This document shows positions 12,161 to 23,983 of a stretch of 64,000 bases of DNA, piece by piece. The translations under genes were made by a program, and so were the position numbers. A model generated the notes under the pieces. It was given only the letters and a program-made list of their open reading frames with translations, was not told the origin of the DNA and made no database searches. The stretch is from Paraphysomonas bandaiensis. Taxonomy: Eukaryota; Protista; Chrysophyceae. The first letter of the stretch is position 1. Each line of letters starts with the position of its first letter. The stretch covers positions 49,207 to 113,206 of the forward strand of contig CBFFRP010000409.1 in the NCBI GenBank assembly GCA_965644295.1, written 5' to 3'.

Positions 12161-13513
12161 ATGTTACCTCCAATCCCCTCCGCCTCTCAATATAGGAACG
12201 ACACCAGTAAACCCTCTATTAGTAGCATCCATGAAGACAATATTAAATTACCCTCTTATTCATCCGCATACAGAGGAGTGCCTCTTGCTGGAGGGATACC
12301 TATCGATGAAGTGATGAAGAGGATGGAGATTGAGAAGTTGATGAGTAGAGAGGAGCGGCTGGCTCTTAACACCATATTAAAAAACAACAATATCAGAGAT
12401 AAGGTTTTGATGGAAATACAGAAGTTAGAAATTGGCTCCAGGCAAAGATCCACTCTCAAGAGGTTACGTATGCTGATTAAACGATACCGACGGCGTGGAA
12501 GTAGGGATGCCGACAGTGTGGACGGTGCAACGGGCCAAGATGCTCTGGACCTTTCACGTAGCGGACGTGAAAATATTGTTCCCGACACCAAGGCTGCTAT
12601 TTTACAAGTAGTAGGTAGTGCCCCAGTGTACTCTGAATTTGCAAGCGCTGGTGTTCTCTTGAAGTGTCGACAACGATTACAAGACTTCATATCACAATAT
12701 GGGATTGAGCGAGCACAGAGCACGCAGTTTGCAATCATTGTAGGCAGTGGATCCTGCAACCCTGTTACACGCATGCACATTCGAAAATTTTTCATTGCGA
12801 AGCAATGCATTGAGTCGTCGTCGGATATATTCGTTCTGGGCTCCCTTCTCTCTCCAGCACACCCTCACCTCGTCAGGCAGCGCTTCCGTAGCTTTACTCG
12901 CGAGATTATTCCTGCCCCCCATCGGCTCGCAGTGGCGCAGCTATCGGTAAAGGATAGTATATGGGTAAGCGTAGATCCTTGGGAAATAACCAGGCGTCGT
13001 GTGATGGACTATCTCTCACTGCTGGAACATGTCTCTTGCATGATACAGAGCGAGTTTCTAGGGTTCAAAATAAAAACACTATACCTTTTTAAGGCCAATA
13101 TGTTACCGAATCTGTCTGCCAGGGCTTTGCGTCAAGCGGACTATGGGGCTGTATGCGTGTGCCGGGCTGCTGAGTACGACCAGCTCCGTAATTCTATGCG
13201 CAGCGAATGGAGGGGTGTTCTCTGGGTGGCAGAAGATACTGCTATACTGGATGCATCCATGGACACTGTTTCTTCGCGCAAAGTTCGGGCTGCTGTGAAA
13301 GCTCAGGAGCCTCTGCAGCATCTCGTTGGTGGAATTGTGGCAAACTATTTCAAAGCTAATAGGATCGGATTGAAGGTAACGCGTTGTAGCAATGTTAACG
13401 TTTTGTTATTAATTCATTTTGATCAGATGAAGGGAGATGAAAAGTGGTCTGAAGATGAGAAGTATCTTCCCAAAATTGTGAGTAGCTCGGTGGTAGCAGC
13501 CTCAAACTCCTAG
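12161..13513 (+). CDS. NMNAT-like nucleotidyltransferase-fold protein with a long N-terminal extension
   Basis: GSCNPVTRMH (GSFNPxTxxH-like), HRLAVAQL, WVSVDPWE, VSSRKVR; probable 51-nt in-frame intron near 13376-13426. Confidence 0.7.
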   Translation: MLPPIPSASQYRNDTSKPSISSIHEDNIKLPSYSSAYRGVPLAGGIPIDEVMKRMEIEKLMSREERLALNTILKNNNIRDKVLMEIQKLEIGSRQRSTLKRLRMLIKRYRRRGSRDADSVDGATGQDALDLSRSGRENIVPDTKAAILQVVGSAPVYSEFASAGVLLKCRQRLQDFISQYGIERAQSTQFAIIVGSGSCNPVTRMHIRKFFIAKQCIESSSDIFVLGSLLSPAHPHLVRQRFRSFTREIIPAPHRLAVAQLSVKDSIWVSVDPWEITRRRVMDYLSLLEHVSCMIQSEFLGFKIKTLYLFKANMLPNLSARALRQADYGAVCVCRAAEYDQLRNSMRSEWRGVLWVAEDTAILDASMDTVSSRKVRAAVKAQEPLQHLVGGIVANYFKANRIGLKVTRCSNVNVLLLIHFDQMKGDEKWSEDEKYLPKIVSSSVVAASNS

Positions 13514-13961
13514 TGTGCAATTTACATAGCTGCGATCGGCATTTGAGCCAACTGACCCGTGTTTGCTGTGAATGTTATTCATTGTGTATGTGCTTGAGTT
13601 CTATTTCGGTGTTGAAACTTGATATGTCTACTTAGTGTACTTATTCGTTGGTGGCTTTGAGAGTGCTAACCAAAGTCACCTTTCAATATGTGGTACCACA
13701 TCTGTTTGTGATTTACTCTTATGGAATAATCTTGTGGAATATGTGGTGCACTTATTGAATATCTTTATTAATATAATATTTTTGTCCTGGCATAATTATA
13801 AGAATCAGTTTATTTTTCAGAGAATGTATACTTTGGGTCACTATATGCTGCATATGATTTTCCAAAATAATAAATTTTCTTTATAGAGTGTATCCAATGT
13901 AATACTAATCTTAAGTTCTTGTGTGTGATGCTTAGCAACAGGGCTAAATAAGATTTAAGCT

Positions 13962-14207
13962 TATTAGTAAAACAATGTTGTGATTATTAGAGTGTAAGTA
14001 ATGAACACGATAGAGTGAAAATTATGAATAACAATATAGAACGTACTATCATGCACAACGGAATAGTTAGAAGTGTAACTGATAATGACGACGTTATGAT
14101 GACGATCACGTATCTTCGACAGATACTCTCTCTAATTCAGTTCATGGTATATTTCATTGAACATTATAACTCACAGATACAATCATGTATTAAGCTGAAT
14201 CCTAATA
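13962..14207 (-). repeat. Copia 3' LTR with TATTAG...CTAATA termini
   Basis: Follows the PPT gagggggcg (14208-14216, minus); near-identical copy at 39706-39952. Confidence 0.8.
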
Positions 14208-14406
14208 CGCCCCCTCAATGAAATAATCAGTGAATCGTAGATAATAGAGAGAATATGAACTTATGCACACTGAGAGTAAAAACCAGAGTAGCAGTCACTA
14301 GTCAATAATAAGCGAACTGCAGAGATGCCATATTGTGAGACCATCCTTCTAGTCCAGCATCATGTATTGAATAAAAATAAAAAAAATGGTAAAAACTCCG
14401 TGTAAC

Positions 14407-17349
14407 TCAAACTAGCCACCTAGGTCGCTTGTGGCTTGTTAATTGTGATTTAGGTGTCTCTGAGGTTGTTGATCGCTTTCTGTTGCTGCTGGATGGGATG
14501 TCGAACCCAGCTCCCCCCATCAATGTAGTTCGCAATTGAAGAAAATTAGTTGTTCCTAGTGGTTTCGTGAGAAGATCGGCTAACATTGACGTGGTGGGAA
14601 TATGGTCAACAGTCAATTGGTTTTCGGCAATATTTTCTCGAATGAAATGATACCGTATCGCAATATGTTTCGTACGACGATGATGAGTAGGATTGTAGCA
14701 TAATTGGACTGCCCCTTTATTATCGCACCAAATAGTTGTTGAGAATGGAAGTTTGAAACCAATTTCTGATAATAAAGAGCGTAGCCATAATGCTTCCTGA
14801 GCTGCTGACGATAGAGCCATATACTCAGCTTCAGTAGATGACAATGCCACAGTTGTCTGTAATCGAGATTGCCATGATATAAGACAATTACCTATGAAGA
14901 ATGTAAAAGCTGTAGTGGACCGTCGAGTGAGGTGACATCGTGCCCAATCGCTATCGCAGTATCCTGACAATGTTATGTGGGATCCAGAATATATCAATCC
15001 TTGCTTAGCAGTGCCTTTGAGATACCTAAGAACATGTAACGCAGCATTACAGGTAGTTAGATTAGGCATATCAGAAAATCTGGCAAGAGTATTGACTGCG
15101 TAGGCGATATCCGGTCGAGTGCATACAGCTAGATACATCAGGGAACCTATGAGCTCCTTGTAGGGGAAATTCTGAACATAACTTTGATTTGACTCTGAAA
15201 GATGATTGTATTCATGTAAATCATAGTTGAAAGACAGTAACATAGGTGTTGACATGGGTTTACTGTTGGACATGTTGAATTTGTCCAGCAGTTTTCTGAC
15301 ATACTGCTCCTGACTGAGAGTCGTGATATTTTTGTCAAAATCTTGATGAATGGAGATGCCCAAGTAATAATCTAGGAGTCCGAGATCCGTAATTTCGAAC
15401 TTTTTGGATAAATGATCTTTGAATTGTTGGATATCAGTGTCGGATGTAGATGCTATAATAATATCGTCCACATACATGGCTATTAGCATAATCCTGCCAT
15501 TAATCTGCTTTTTGAATATACACGGGTCAGATATTAGTCTGGTGAAACCCATATCTAGCATAAAATTTGTACAGCACTTATACCAGTTAAGACCTGCTTG
15601 CTTTAGACCATAGATGCTTTTCATCAGTTTGAGGACTTTTCCGTCAGGGACGTCCATGCCAGGAGGGGGATACATGTATATGTCCTCTTCGAGGTCAGCA
15701 TTGATGTACGCAGTTGTGAAATCGATTTGGTGCAATTTGAGTTTCATAATAGTCGAAAGGGCAATAATTGTACGTAGGGATGTAGCCTTCGCGACGGGGC
15801 TGTATGTATCATTGTAATCGATGCCTTGGATTTGAGTAAAACCCTGTGCGACTAGTCGAGCCTTGAATTTGATATCATTCTGTTTTCTTTTTATTTTGAA
15901 TATGAGTTTCCCCTTTATGGCTCTTGCTCCAGGTGGTAACGCAGTGTATCTCCAGCACCCTTTCCTCTGAAGAGTGGATATTTCTCTGTTGATAGCATCG
16001 ATCCACTGCTGTTTATATTTACCTGAAATAGCATCTTGAACACTCTTTGGTGTATCAGTTAGCTCGTCAATGTCATCGCAATTACTGATAGCATGCATAA
16101 CAATATCAATATTGTTAGTATGTAATTTTGATATACATTGTGTGTCATGTGCCATATGATTTACTACATGTTTAGCATTTACATCACATGTATATACACC
16201 ATCACCAAGTTTATGTATATTTACGATTACCCGTTTCCTGGCCATTCTCCTGCTTCGGAGAACACTCTTTCTACCAGCTAAAAATTGTTGTTTTGCTGTA
16301 GCACGGACCTTACTTGGCCCTTCAGGTGTACCCTGATTTTCCCAATCTCCCGATGAATCAGCAGGCTTGTTGCAGCGTTTGGCCACACGCTGACGCACAC
16401 GATCCACTTGACCGTGTGGTGCCGGATTCGGCACTAGATTCCCATTGAATTGTTTCGAAGGGCGAGTCTTCGCTATCTTTGCATCGGAGTGGGTAGGTTC
16501 ACACCGATGGCTGCTGATTCTCTCCTGCGCGGCATCATGATGTCTTCGATTCACGCCACTCCCCCTGGAAGTAGCGGCTGGCGCTGGAGATCCATTAACT
16601 GTATCGGGGTCTCGATCTGATTTGCTGGATTTATGTATTGGGGTTTTCGATCGAGAAGTATTACATTTGAGACCAACTGCTTTGAGTTCTATGTATTCTT
16701 CAGTGTACTTTTCGACGTCTGCAGCATGAATGGGGTCGTCGAGCTGGATGAGTCGTGTCTTGTCACCGCTGTCGTCCACTAGACCACGATACGCTGCGAT
16801 TAATCCTTTTCTGAGCTTTATTTGAGTTGTTACATATGTTAATCCATCGTCTGGATCTACATGAGCTAGGCCTATGAGATATTTGAAACTTTCTACTGTC
16901 CTGGAGGTCTCATTCTCTCTGAAGATCTCATTTATCTCTTTAAAATATCTCTTATCCGCTGGTGGAACACATTCGTTGAAAAATACATGTCCTGATATAA
17001 CAAAATCTCTTAATGCGGGAACAAAGACTATATATCCAGGACCATCCTCTCGATAGCCCATAAAATACCCAGGCCAGCTATGTCTGTCCCAATTGTTCTT
17101 TCGGAGACTGGAATCGATATTCACAAAGCATTTACATCCCCATATTCTGGCATAACTCAAGTCTGGTATTTCGTTTTTGATAAACTGAAGTGGAGACATA
17201 AATCCTTTAGCTGTTTGACACGGTAACCTGTTCTTGATGTGTATTGTCGCCTTTGAGGCTTGTTCCCAGAAATTCGGTGGGAGTCCAGAGTCGATAAGGC
17301 TGCTGAGTGCTCGTTCTTTAGTTGTCCGCCATGATCGCTCTTGGAATGG
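14407..17349 (-). mobile_element. Ty1/Copia pol (integrase C-terminus, RT, RNase H), 5'-truncated by a nested LTR
   Basis: KARLVAQGFTQ, IYGLKQAG, YVDDII, YCDSDWA, SSTEAEY, RTKHIAIRYHF, ADLLTK in an uninterrupted ORF. Confidence 0.95.
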
Positions 17350-17890
17350 TGTCACGCATACCTGTAGTTACTGTTATACGTGGAGTTATACGGTGTTATA
17401 CTGCGGTACTCTAGGTAGCATGCTGTTGTACTTTCATTTTCAGTTTATTTAGTATACATTGCGGTTACTGTATTCTTGAAGGGATATAAGTCCCGTATAT
17501 GTACAAGTATGATACTGTAAACTGTAGATGATTCGCAGCAAGATAGAGTGTTGTATGTTTTCACTTTCTTTCTTTACACGTTTTAACGTAATTTAATTCA
17601 TTCTATACTCGCGGTTTGCTTGTGTTAGGAGGCAGTTTCACCGGTTTGGTGTTCTGGACAGTGTATTCTCGGTTTGGGAAGCACTTTAAATTCATATAAA
17701 ACGTTGTAAACACGGTCTTTCTCATCAGAAAGATTACAGTATTAATACTTTAGTCGGATAGAAAGAAACATTGTTTATTTATATTATTGTCGACTATGAG
17801 TTCGGAGGAAGAGGTTCCGAACATTATGGAGTTCCTTCAGCAGCGGTTTGCTGAACAAAATGAATTGCTGTTAACACGTTTGAGGAGGTG
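17350..17890 (+). mobile_element. Gypsy-like LTR (17350-17660, TGTC...GACA) plus leader and gag-like start, inserted in the Copia integrase
   Basis: Inverted termini at the exact point where Copia homology stops; MSSEEEVPNIMEFLQQRF at 17797 resembles the gag-like N-terminus at 38432. Confidence 0.55.
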
Positions 17891-18077
17891 TCTTCAGATA
17901 AGTGCTTGAGGGTGCTCAGGCAGTTGCAGGGCAAAGTAATAAGCATTTTTATCTCTATATTAGCTAGTTACTTGTTACGTTCGCACATTCATTTCAGATA
18001 CATAGCTGCACCCGGTGTGATACCCCGGGTTTGGTCAAACCAATCTCGCCTCTGAACCTATCAACCAGTGTCTGAAG

Positions 18078-18311
18078 AAGCAACCTTAAGACAAACGTGG
18101 GAAAAACGTACTAGCCCCACGGTAACTACTTATAAATAATGAATATATCATATATTTTATTAAAATATCATACTATAATTATGAAAACTTCTTGCAAACT
18201 ACTCGAATAACATTTCGGGACAAATTAACATTAAAATTACTCGTAGAACATAGCTTTCAATCAAATGTCCCAAATTTGAACATTTTTCCCACGTTTGTCT
18301 TAAGGTTGCTT
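18078..18311. mobile_element. MITE with perfect 29-bp TIRs
   Basis: aagcaaccttaagacaaacgtgggaaaaa (18078-18106) / tttttcccacgtttgtcttaaggttgctt (18283-18311), AT-rich interior. Confidence 0.8.
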
Positions 18312-18647
18312 AAGGAGCTCACTGGATAACACCTCCTTAGCAGGATCATCAGCAGGTAAAATTGCCTTCCCCTCCAAATATTGATTGGCTACCTCCAACA
18401 CATCAGGGTCATGCTCGCAAGCCTCCCAAATAGTACTAACACAGGTATCATTACGCTCTCTCCATGACTCTAAATTCCTTCCTCCGGCTGGCGGGTCCTC
18501 CAAGCCAAGATGGTTTCGGTTTTTCTTCATTAGATGCATCTTGATTTTTCTCGCTGAATAGTCTGCTTGGTTCTTGTCAAACCGTAGCTTCTTGTCATCT
18601 TCCCCATCCCTACAACTAGCATTCGCTACCATAACAGAAGTTGACAT
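18312..18647 (-). mobile_element. LTR-retrotransposon (Copia-like) gag N-terminal fragment
   Basis: ORF just downstream of an LTR; RFD...DYSARKIKMHL...W.ERN pattern; truncated by the MITE. Confidence 0.55.
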
Positions 18648-18715
18648 TATTTGCTAAGGTTTACTATTCTCAACTGATAAGATGAAAATTATAAACATTA
18701 CATGATAAAGAACCT

Positions 18716-19224
18716 AAGTTGTGTTCGATGTGTTCAACACCATTCATTTACTACTATAGTGTACAAACCACACACTCAGTGATCGTATCCTGTATAGTCA
18801 TCCACTTCTACTTCAGTTTCATACTACATAATATAATGTACTAATTACATATATATCTTTCGATCCTTGCATCTCACATAATACTGCACTCAATTGCAAG
18901 TATATAGAATCTTCAGATCTCAACATTCTAATCTATCTTCTATCACAGACTACACCTACAGCTCACACCTTGGGCATATATATGCCCTTACTCTATACCA
19001 ATCCACTGTACATATTGGACTGTACATATCCTACATAGTATTGTCATCATACACTGTATAATGGTATACCGTTACTCTACTGTATACTGTAGCTGGCTGT
19101 CTTCACTACAATGTATATATCCTGTGTACCAGGCACCCACTGTATAGTGCAGTATACTGCTGTATACTACCAAGCCAAGCTCACAATCCAACGACAGTCA
19201 ATGTCCTATACGGGGATGACAACA
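18716..19224 (-). repeat. Copia-like LTR, preceded by a PPT and followed by gag
   Basis: Minus strand aggagggtg|TGTTG at 19233-19220; the 3' boundary near 18716 is approximate. Confidence 0.5.
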
Positions 19225-20357
19225 CACCCTCCTATGTTCAGTCCAACGCCTGATCTGCTTATCGTCCATAAGATTATGAACCTATAAATAAATATTAAAT
19301 CGTTCCATGTGGAGAATATGAAGGTCGTGGTGCATGACACCAGGCTGTAGTCCGGCTCTGGGGATTTGGGTGTCGCCTGTGCATGTGATTGCTTACTGGC
19401 AATGAGATCTTGCCACTCCTGCGTGCAGAATTCAACGTCGTCAGCGTATGCCTCTCTCGCTTGTAGTAGGATCTCAAGCGGCCACTTGGGGTCTTGCCAG
19501 TATCTGTACCCGTAGTGTACAAGTAGTTCCTCGTGAGTTGCAATGTTCCGTGTGGTTCTGATGTAGATTTTGTCTTTTTTCGTGTGGAATTCTACATTAG
19601 CAGCCCTGGCCTGTAATGGATCATTGATGTACCCCGCTGCGCATAGTATGCTTTTGCTTCGTTTATCCCTTGCGTCTATCGCAAATGTACCTTTCGCGTC
19701 TTGCACAAGGTAGTCGGAAATGTAACCGGTGGACCTGGCTTCTGTGATGGGTAGGCGGTGTCCGATGTACTCAGAAATAATGGTATGGGCAGGGATTGGC
19801 TCTCCCGCATACAGGGCGTTCCCCTTGATAACGGTGTCTGCCGTGCCCACTAGTACCTTGTATCGGAGCGTTGGGTCCCAAGTGAGCGGGAGGGGTGGGT
19901 GGGCCGTTTGGAGTAATGTGTTGAAAGTAGCCCGTGGGCGGTATATGGCGTGCGTTTGGACCTCGTCGGGGTCTTCTGCGTAGGAGTGTGTGGTGCGGGC
20001 TGTACGGGCAGGCTGTTTTCGCGTGGGGGCGGGCGTTGGGTTCCGGGCTTTCTTTCCTTTGGCTCTCCTTGCACCGGGGACGTCTCGAAGTTGAGGAATG
20101 TGTGGCTGCGCGTCAGGTGGGGAATTGCCCGCTGTCGCGTACGTGCGGTGTTGAGGGTGGTCTCCGGGTGACGTCAAGGGTAGTATATGGTGACGTGGGG
20201 ACCCCTTCTTCGGGGGGAGGTTGGTCGTCGTGCAGTTTCTTGGTGTCGACGGCCAGGGTGTGGTGCTGTGGGTGGTGCTTTGCTGGGGTTGTTTCGTAGG
20301 CAGGGGCGCCGGGGGGGCAGTGTTCCCAGTGCTAAGTTCTGTTGGACTGGTCCGCAT
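19206..20357 (-). CDS. SET-domain protein fragment (vSET-like), TE-associated
   Basis: GNALYAGEPI...SEYIG, AGYIND, EELLVHYGYRYW; intronless, GC-rich, Pro/Thr-rich linker; abuts Copia sequence on both sides. Confidence 0.8.
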   Translation of the reverse strand: MRTSPTELSTGNTAPPAPLPTKQPQQSTTHSTTPWPSTPRNCTTTNLPPKKGSPRHHILPLTSPGDHPQHRTYATAGNSPPDAQPHIPQLRDVPGARRAKGKKARNPTPAPTRKQPARTARTTHSYAEDPDEVQTHAIYRPRATFNTLLQTAHPPLPLTWDPTLRYKVLVGTADTVIKGNALYAGEPIPAHTIISEYIGHRLPITEARSTGYISDYLVQDAKGTFAIDARDKRSKSILCAAGYINDPLQARAANVEFHTKKDKIYIRTTRNIATHEELLVHYGYRYWQDPKWPLEILLQAREAYADDVEFCTQEWQDLIASKQSHAQATPKSPEPDYSLVSCTTTFIFSTWNDLIFIYRFIILWTISRSGVGLNIGGCVVIPV

Positions 20358-22140
20358 CGAGAATCTGGGTGCGATGCATACGTAGCGTCAACAAAACAAA
20401 ACAATCGCGTCGCCGCTGCTGCATCAGCTTTAGCTGTTCTGTGAAAACATATGCCCATTTCTCGTGTTCCCCCAGGTAACTTACAACACGAAGCAGAGCC
20501 TGAAAATCCTTCTCCGTACACCACTGAGCACGTGTAGCCAGTCGATTCACCGCATATGATGCAATGTCTGGTCGAGTTTTAATAATAAACAATAACTTCC
20601 CTAGCAACCTCATATACCGAGTATAATCACAGCGCGGTGAATCATCCTGATCTTCATCCGAAAATGTTGACGACATAGGCACATTTGCATATTTCAGCTT
20701 TTGAAGTCCATACTCCTTCACCAGCTCATCAATCTGTTTAGGTTGCGTCAGACACATAGTTCCATCCGGCAAATGTTCGATGTGAATTCCCAGGAAAGTC
20801 TCAAGAGATTCTGATACCTTCAACGCATATCTCACCCTTAGCGTTCGCAACAGATCATCAATTAACTCCTGATCCGTACTTGCCACTGCAAAATCATCCA
20901 CATGCACCACCATCATAATTAATTTCGAACCCCTTCGTTTATAGAACATACACGGATCCGCTGCCGTTCGAGTATATCCATACCGCAGTAAAAACCCTGA
21001 TACATCATTATAAAATGCTGAAGGACTCTCCGGCAGTCCATATAACGTCTTTTTTAGTTTCCAAAACACTGAAGTATTATCTGTAATTTGAGATGGAAGC
21101 TGAATATACACTGGCTCAGACATATCTGGATACAGAAACGCCCCTTTTATGTCGATACCGACGACAATTAAACTAAACATAATAGCTATATAGCAAACAA
21201 GAGTTTCAACGACTTTTCATGCGACGTTGGAGCAAATAAACTCTGGAATACACCTTGAATCCAATTTCCGATAACAACCACAAGCGTGCTTTTGCTTCCT
21301 GCATATTTCCCATAGCATCCTCTTTCTTATGCAAAACAAACTTCGTCGGATGAATCGGAGCCCCATGAGGAATATCTTCCGCCAATACTTGCTCTCCAGT
21401 TTCTCTCTCTGCTAAAGTTGACAATTCCTTTTCACATGCTGGTTTCCACACCTTATCCCACTCGAGACCGTTAATAGCCTCATTCAATGTCGGATCCCTC
21501 GAGCTATCTCTCGGCTTTCGTTGTGCAGTCGTCACTACCGGTGTATATCGCTGAACAGGCTGTCTCTCTCCACGTAGCCGCTTAGCCACACACAACTCAT
21601 CCAAATTTGAGTCGTGTAACACAACATACTCTGCATCCTTTCGTGGTCTTCCACGTTTGCGATACACCTCCTTACCCGTACATAATTTAGGAGAAACACA
21701 TGTCGAAGGTTGCTCCGCTAGCTTTTTCGCAAGTACTCCATCGTAGTCCAGTAATACATTATCCCCTGCTGTACTAGACCAACCCAAACGCTCTTCCACA
21801 CCCTCCTGATCGTGTCTGTCCGTCCTCTCCTGAACACCCTCCTGAACTCCTGAAACTTTATCACTTCAAATCGCTTCCATACTGTCAATGTCTTTAGCCA
21901 AAATAGCATCATCGCCCAACATTTCATGACTAGGATGCCATGGTGCCGCACACAACTCAACATAGTCCTGAGATGCCGCTTTTATTGACGGAAAATTTAT
22001 TGTACCATCCTCAGAAATCGTAGGATTCATTTCTTGGATCTCCTTCATGGATCTCACTCTATCCTCTAATCCCAACTTTACCGCTCGCACATCTCTACGC
22101 ACATAAAATTTTCTACTCCCCCGAGCTGGTATTACACTAA
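20358..22140 (-). pseudogene. frameshifted Copia pol fragment (RT to RNase H start)
   Basis: KARL, DIKGAFL, LYGLPES, HVDDF, TRPDI, FVDATYASHPD spread over several frames. Confidence 0.9.
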
Positions 22141-22185
22141 ATACCTGGTCAAACCAGTTGACCAGGTTTGGTCATGCCACAGACT

Positions 22186-23304
22186 TAAGGCATATATTTG
22201 CGTTGGAAGTGCACTTGGCGCACGCAGTAACTTGCATCAATTTCAATTTGAGGACATTGAATTACGATATTCTGCAGACCGAAGAAGTCACTGCTACCAT
22301 GTCACGGGGAATCCAATGAAACAGCAAGGCCCTAGAAACACAGACCGTACTTGGCAAATAATATCTGGGACGCTTGAAATTAAAACTCTTGATAATTATA
22401 TTGCTGCCTTTCTACCTGAATTACAAACAGGTATGTACTCTCAACAACCTCAATAATATAGTATTAGTGTTATTATATATATATATATATATGTTCAGGT
22501 CGATTTTTTCGAAAGTTTATGACACGTTACGATAAACTTGTAGCAACTCAATCTGTCATTGGAAAAAATGTAACTTCAAACTTCGGGAAGGATATTGCCC
22601 GAGACTTAGGGCTTCCGACACCAGAAATGTACACAGGACATTGGATACGTCGACAAACATGCTCAATGATGGCTAATGCAGGCTGCACTTTAAGTGAAAT
22701 TAAATCTGTATCTAAGCACAAGAGTGACAGAACTGTACAAGGTTATATAGATTCTGCTGTCCCTATGAAGATCAAAGCGTCCGAGTCAGTTGCACTGGCT
22801 GGAGTGTTAAGCGTATTGTTCATAGTAGTGATGACAATGATGATGATGCAAGTGACAATAAAAAGCTTCGTGCGACTACAATATTGCACATTCACGGAAT
22901 CATCACTTGCACGAATTTCAATACCTCGCAGTTGCCATTCCCTCAACTTCCTTCTGCGGAATAGGGGTGCAGTTGTTGTAGCTACTGTCTATTGTTATAT
23001 AATATAGCACAGTTGAGTCGACGCTCCCTCGTCATGTAGATAAATTTGATTTGAGATTGGATATTTCATTAGTTTCTTGTTGATAATCTGATTAGCTATT
23101 TTTTCTTCTACCAGCAAGCTACAAACATGTCATAAGTACTAAATAGTAGATATTCAACCTCATGAGGATAAGCTACAATTTAACCTAGGGATAAGGAGTA
23201 TCGTCCCTTGTCTAAATTTTAAAACTCGGGCTTTTCGCCCTCGTTTCAAAATTTTGAGCGCGGGACGATATAGCCTCCTTATTGCCCGTGGTTAAATATA
23301 ACTA
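22186..23304 (+). mobile_element. Crypton-like DNA transposon 3' part: intron-containing tyrosine recombinase C-terminus plus terminal hairpin
   Basis: Catalytic residues GARS...MKQ...GHWIRR...KHKS...QGY; intron 22431-22498; ends ...TAACTA at 23304. Confidence 0.85.
23178..23297. repeat. long imperfect hairpin at the Crypton 3' end
   Basis: atttaacc/ggttaaat, ataaggag/ctccttat, tatcgtccc/gggacgata, gggc/gccc pair in nested order. Confidence 0.85.
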
Positions 23305-23479
23305 TAATTAGCATCATATATACAGCAGGCTTTACCTCTGTAAGTGCACCTTATCGAAGGATGTGTGTATGATATGAGACACACAATATCCTGAGAAGCA
23401 TGATATGGCTCCAACCCTGAAAGAACTGGGTGCCACTGCTCCTAACCACCTATATAGCATCAGATATGGTACTTAAACT

Positions 23480-23843
23480 CTCCTGTAATATTCTTGAAGT
23501 TGTTTCGAAGTCCTGGATATAAAGACAGATCACTTGCACTGACATCGTTGTGATCTTCTACAGCAGTCGAAGGATGGAATATAACCTGGAGTGTTAGATG
23601 ATCTGCTCTTGATATTTGGCTCATGATTGTGGTTTCTCTATAATTGTGTACTATAATGAAATCACGTACATTCGACTGTCATTATCATAATGAAGATAGA
23701 AGTGAGCTTCTGTTCAACCGAATATTGAAGTTGAATGTCTATATTAGCCCGGTGGTGATATGAGCGCCCTGTTGAGCCCAAATCAGGTCAAAAAAAAGCA
23801 TTTTTTGAGACAAAATGCGGATAACATAATACTGAGATAACTG
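23480..23843 (-). mobile_element. Crypton-like 5' fragment
   Basis: About 120 bp inverted homology to 34713-34832; encodes MSQISRADHLTLQVIF...EDHNDVSASDL...GLR, homologous to the ORF at 34909. Confidence 0.75.
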
Positions 23844-23983
23844 GTTATTACAAAAAAAGTGGATCGGTTTCAGCGTTCGTTGCATACGAAACTGCATGGT
23901 TATGAAGTTAATAAAGACTACGTAATACGGGTTTGATAAATCTACTTCGAACATCACAGAAAGTTATACTATGCCAAGATTAA

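Noticed and set aside
14015-14221. Duplicated 65-68 aa ORF (also 39692-39889) as a small gene
   Set aside because: Lies antisense within an LTR; the duplication is the LTR itself
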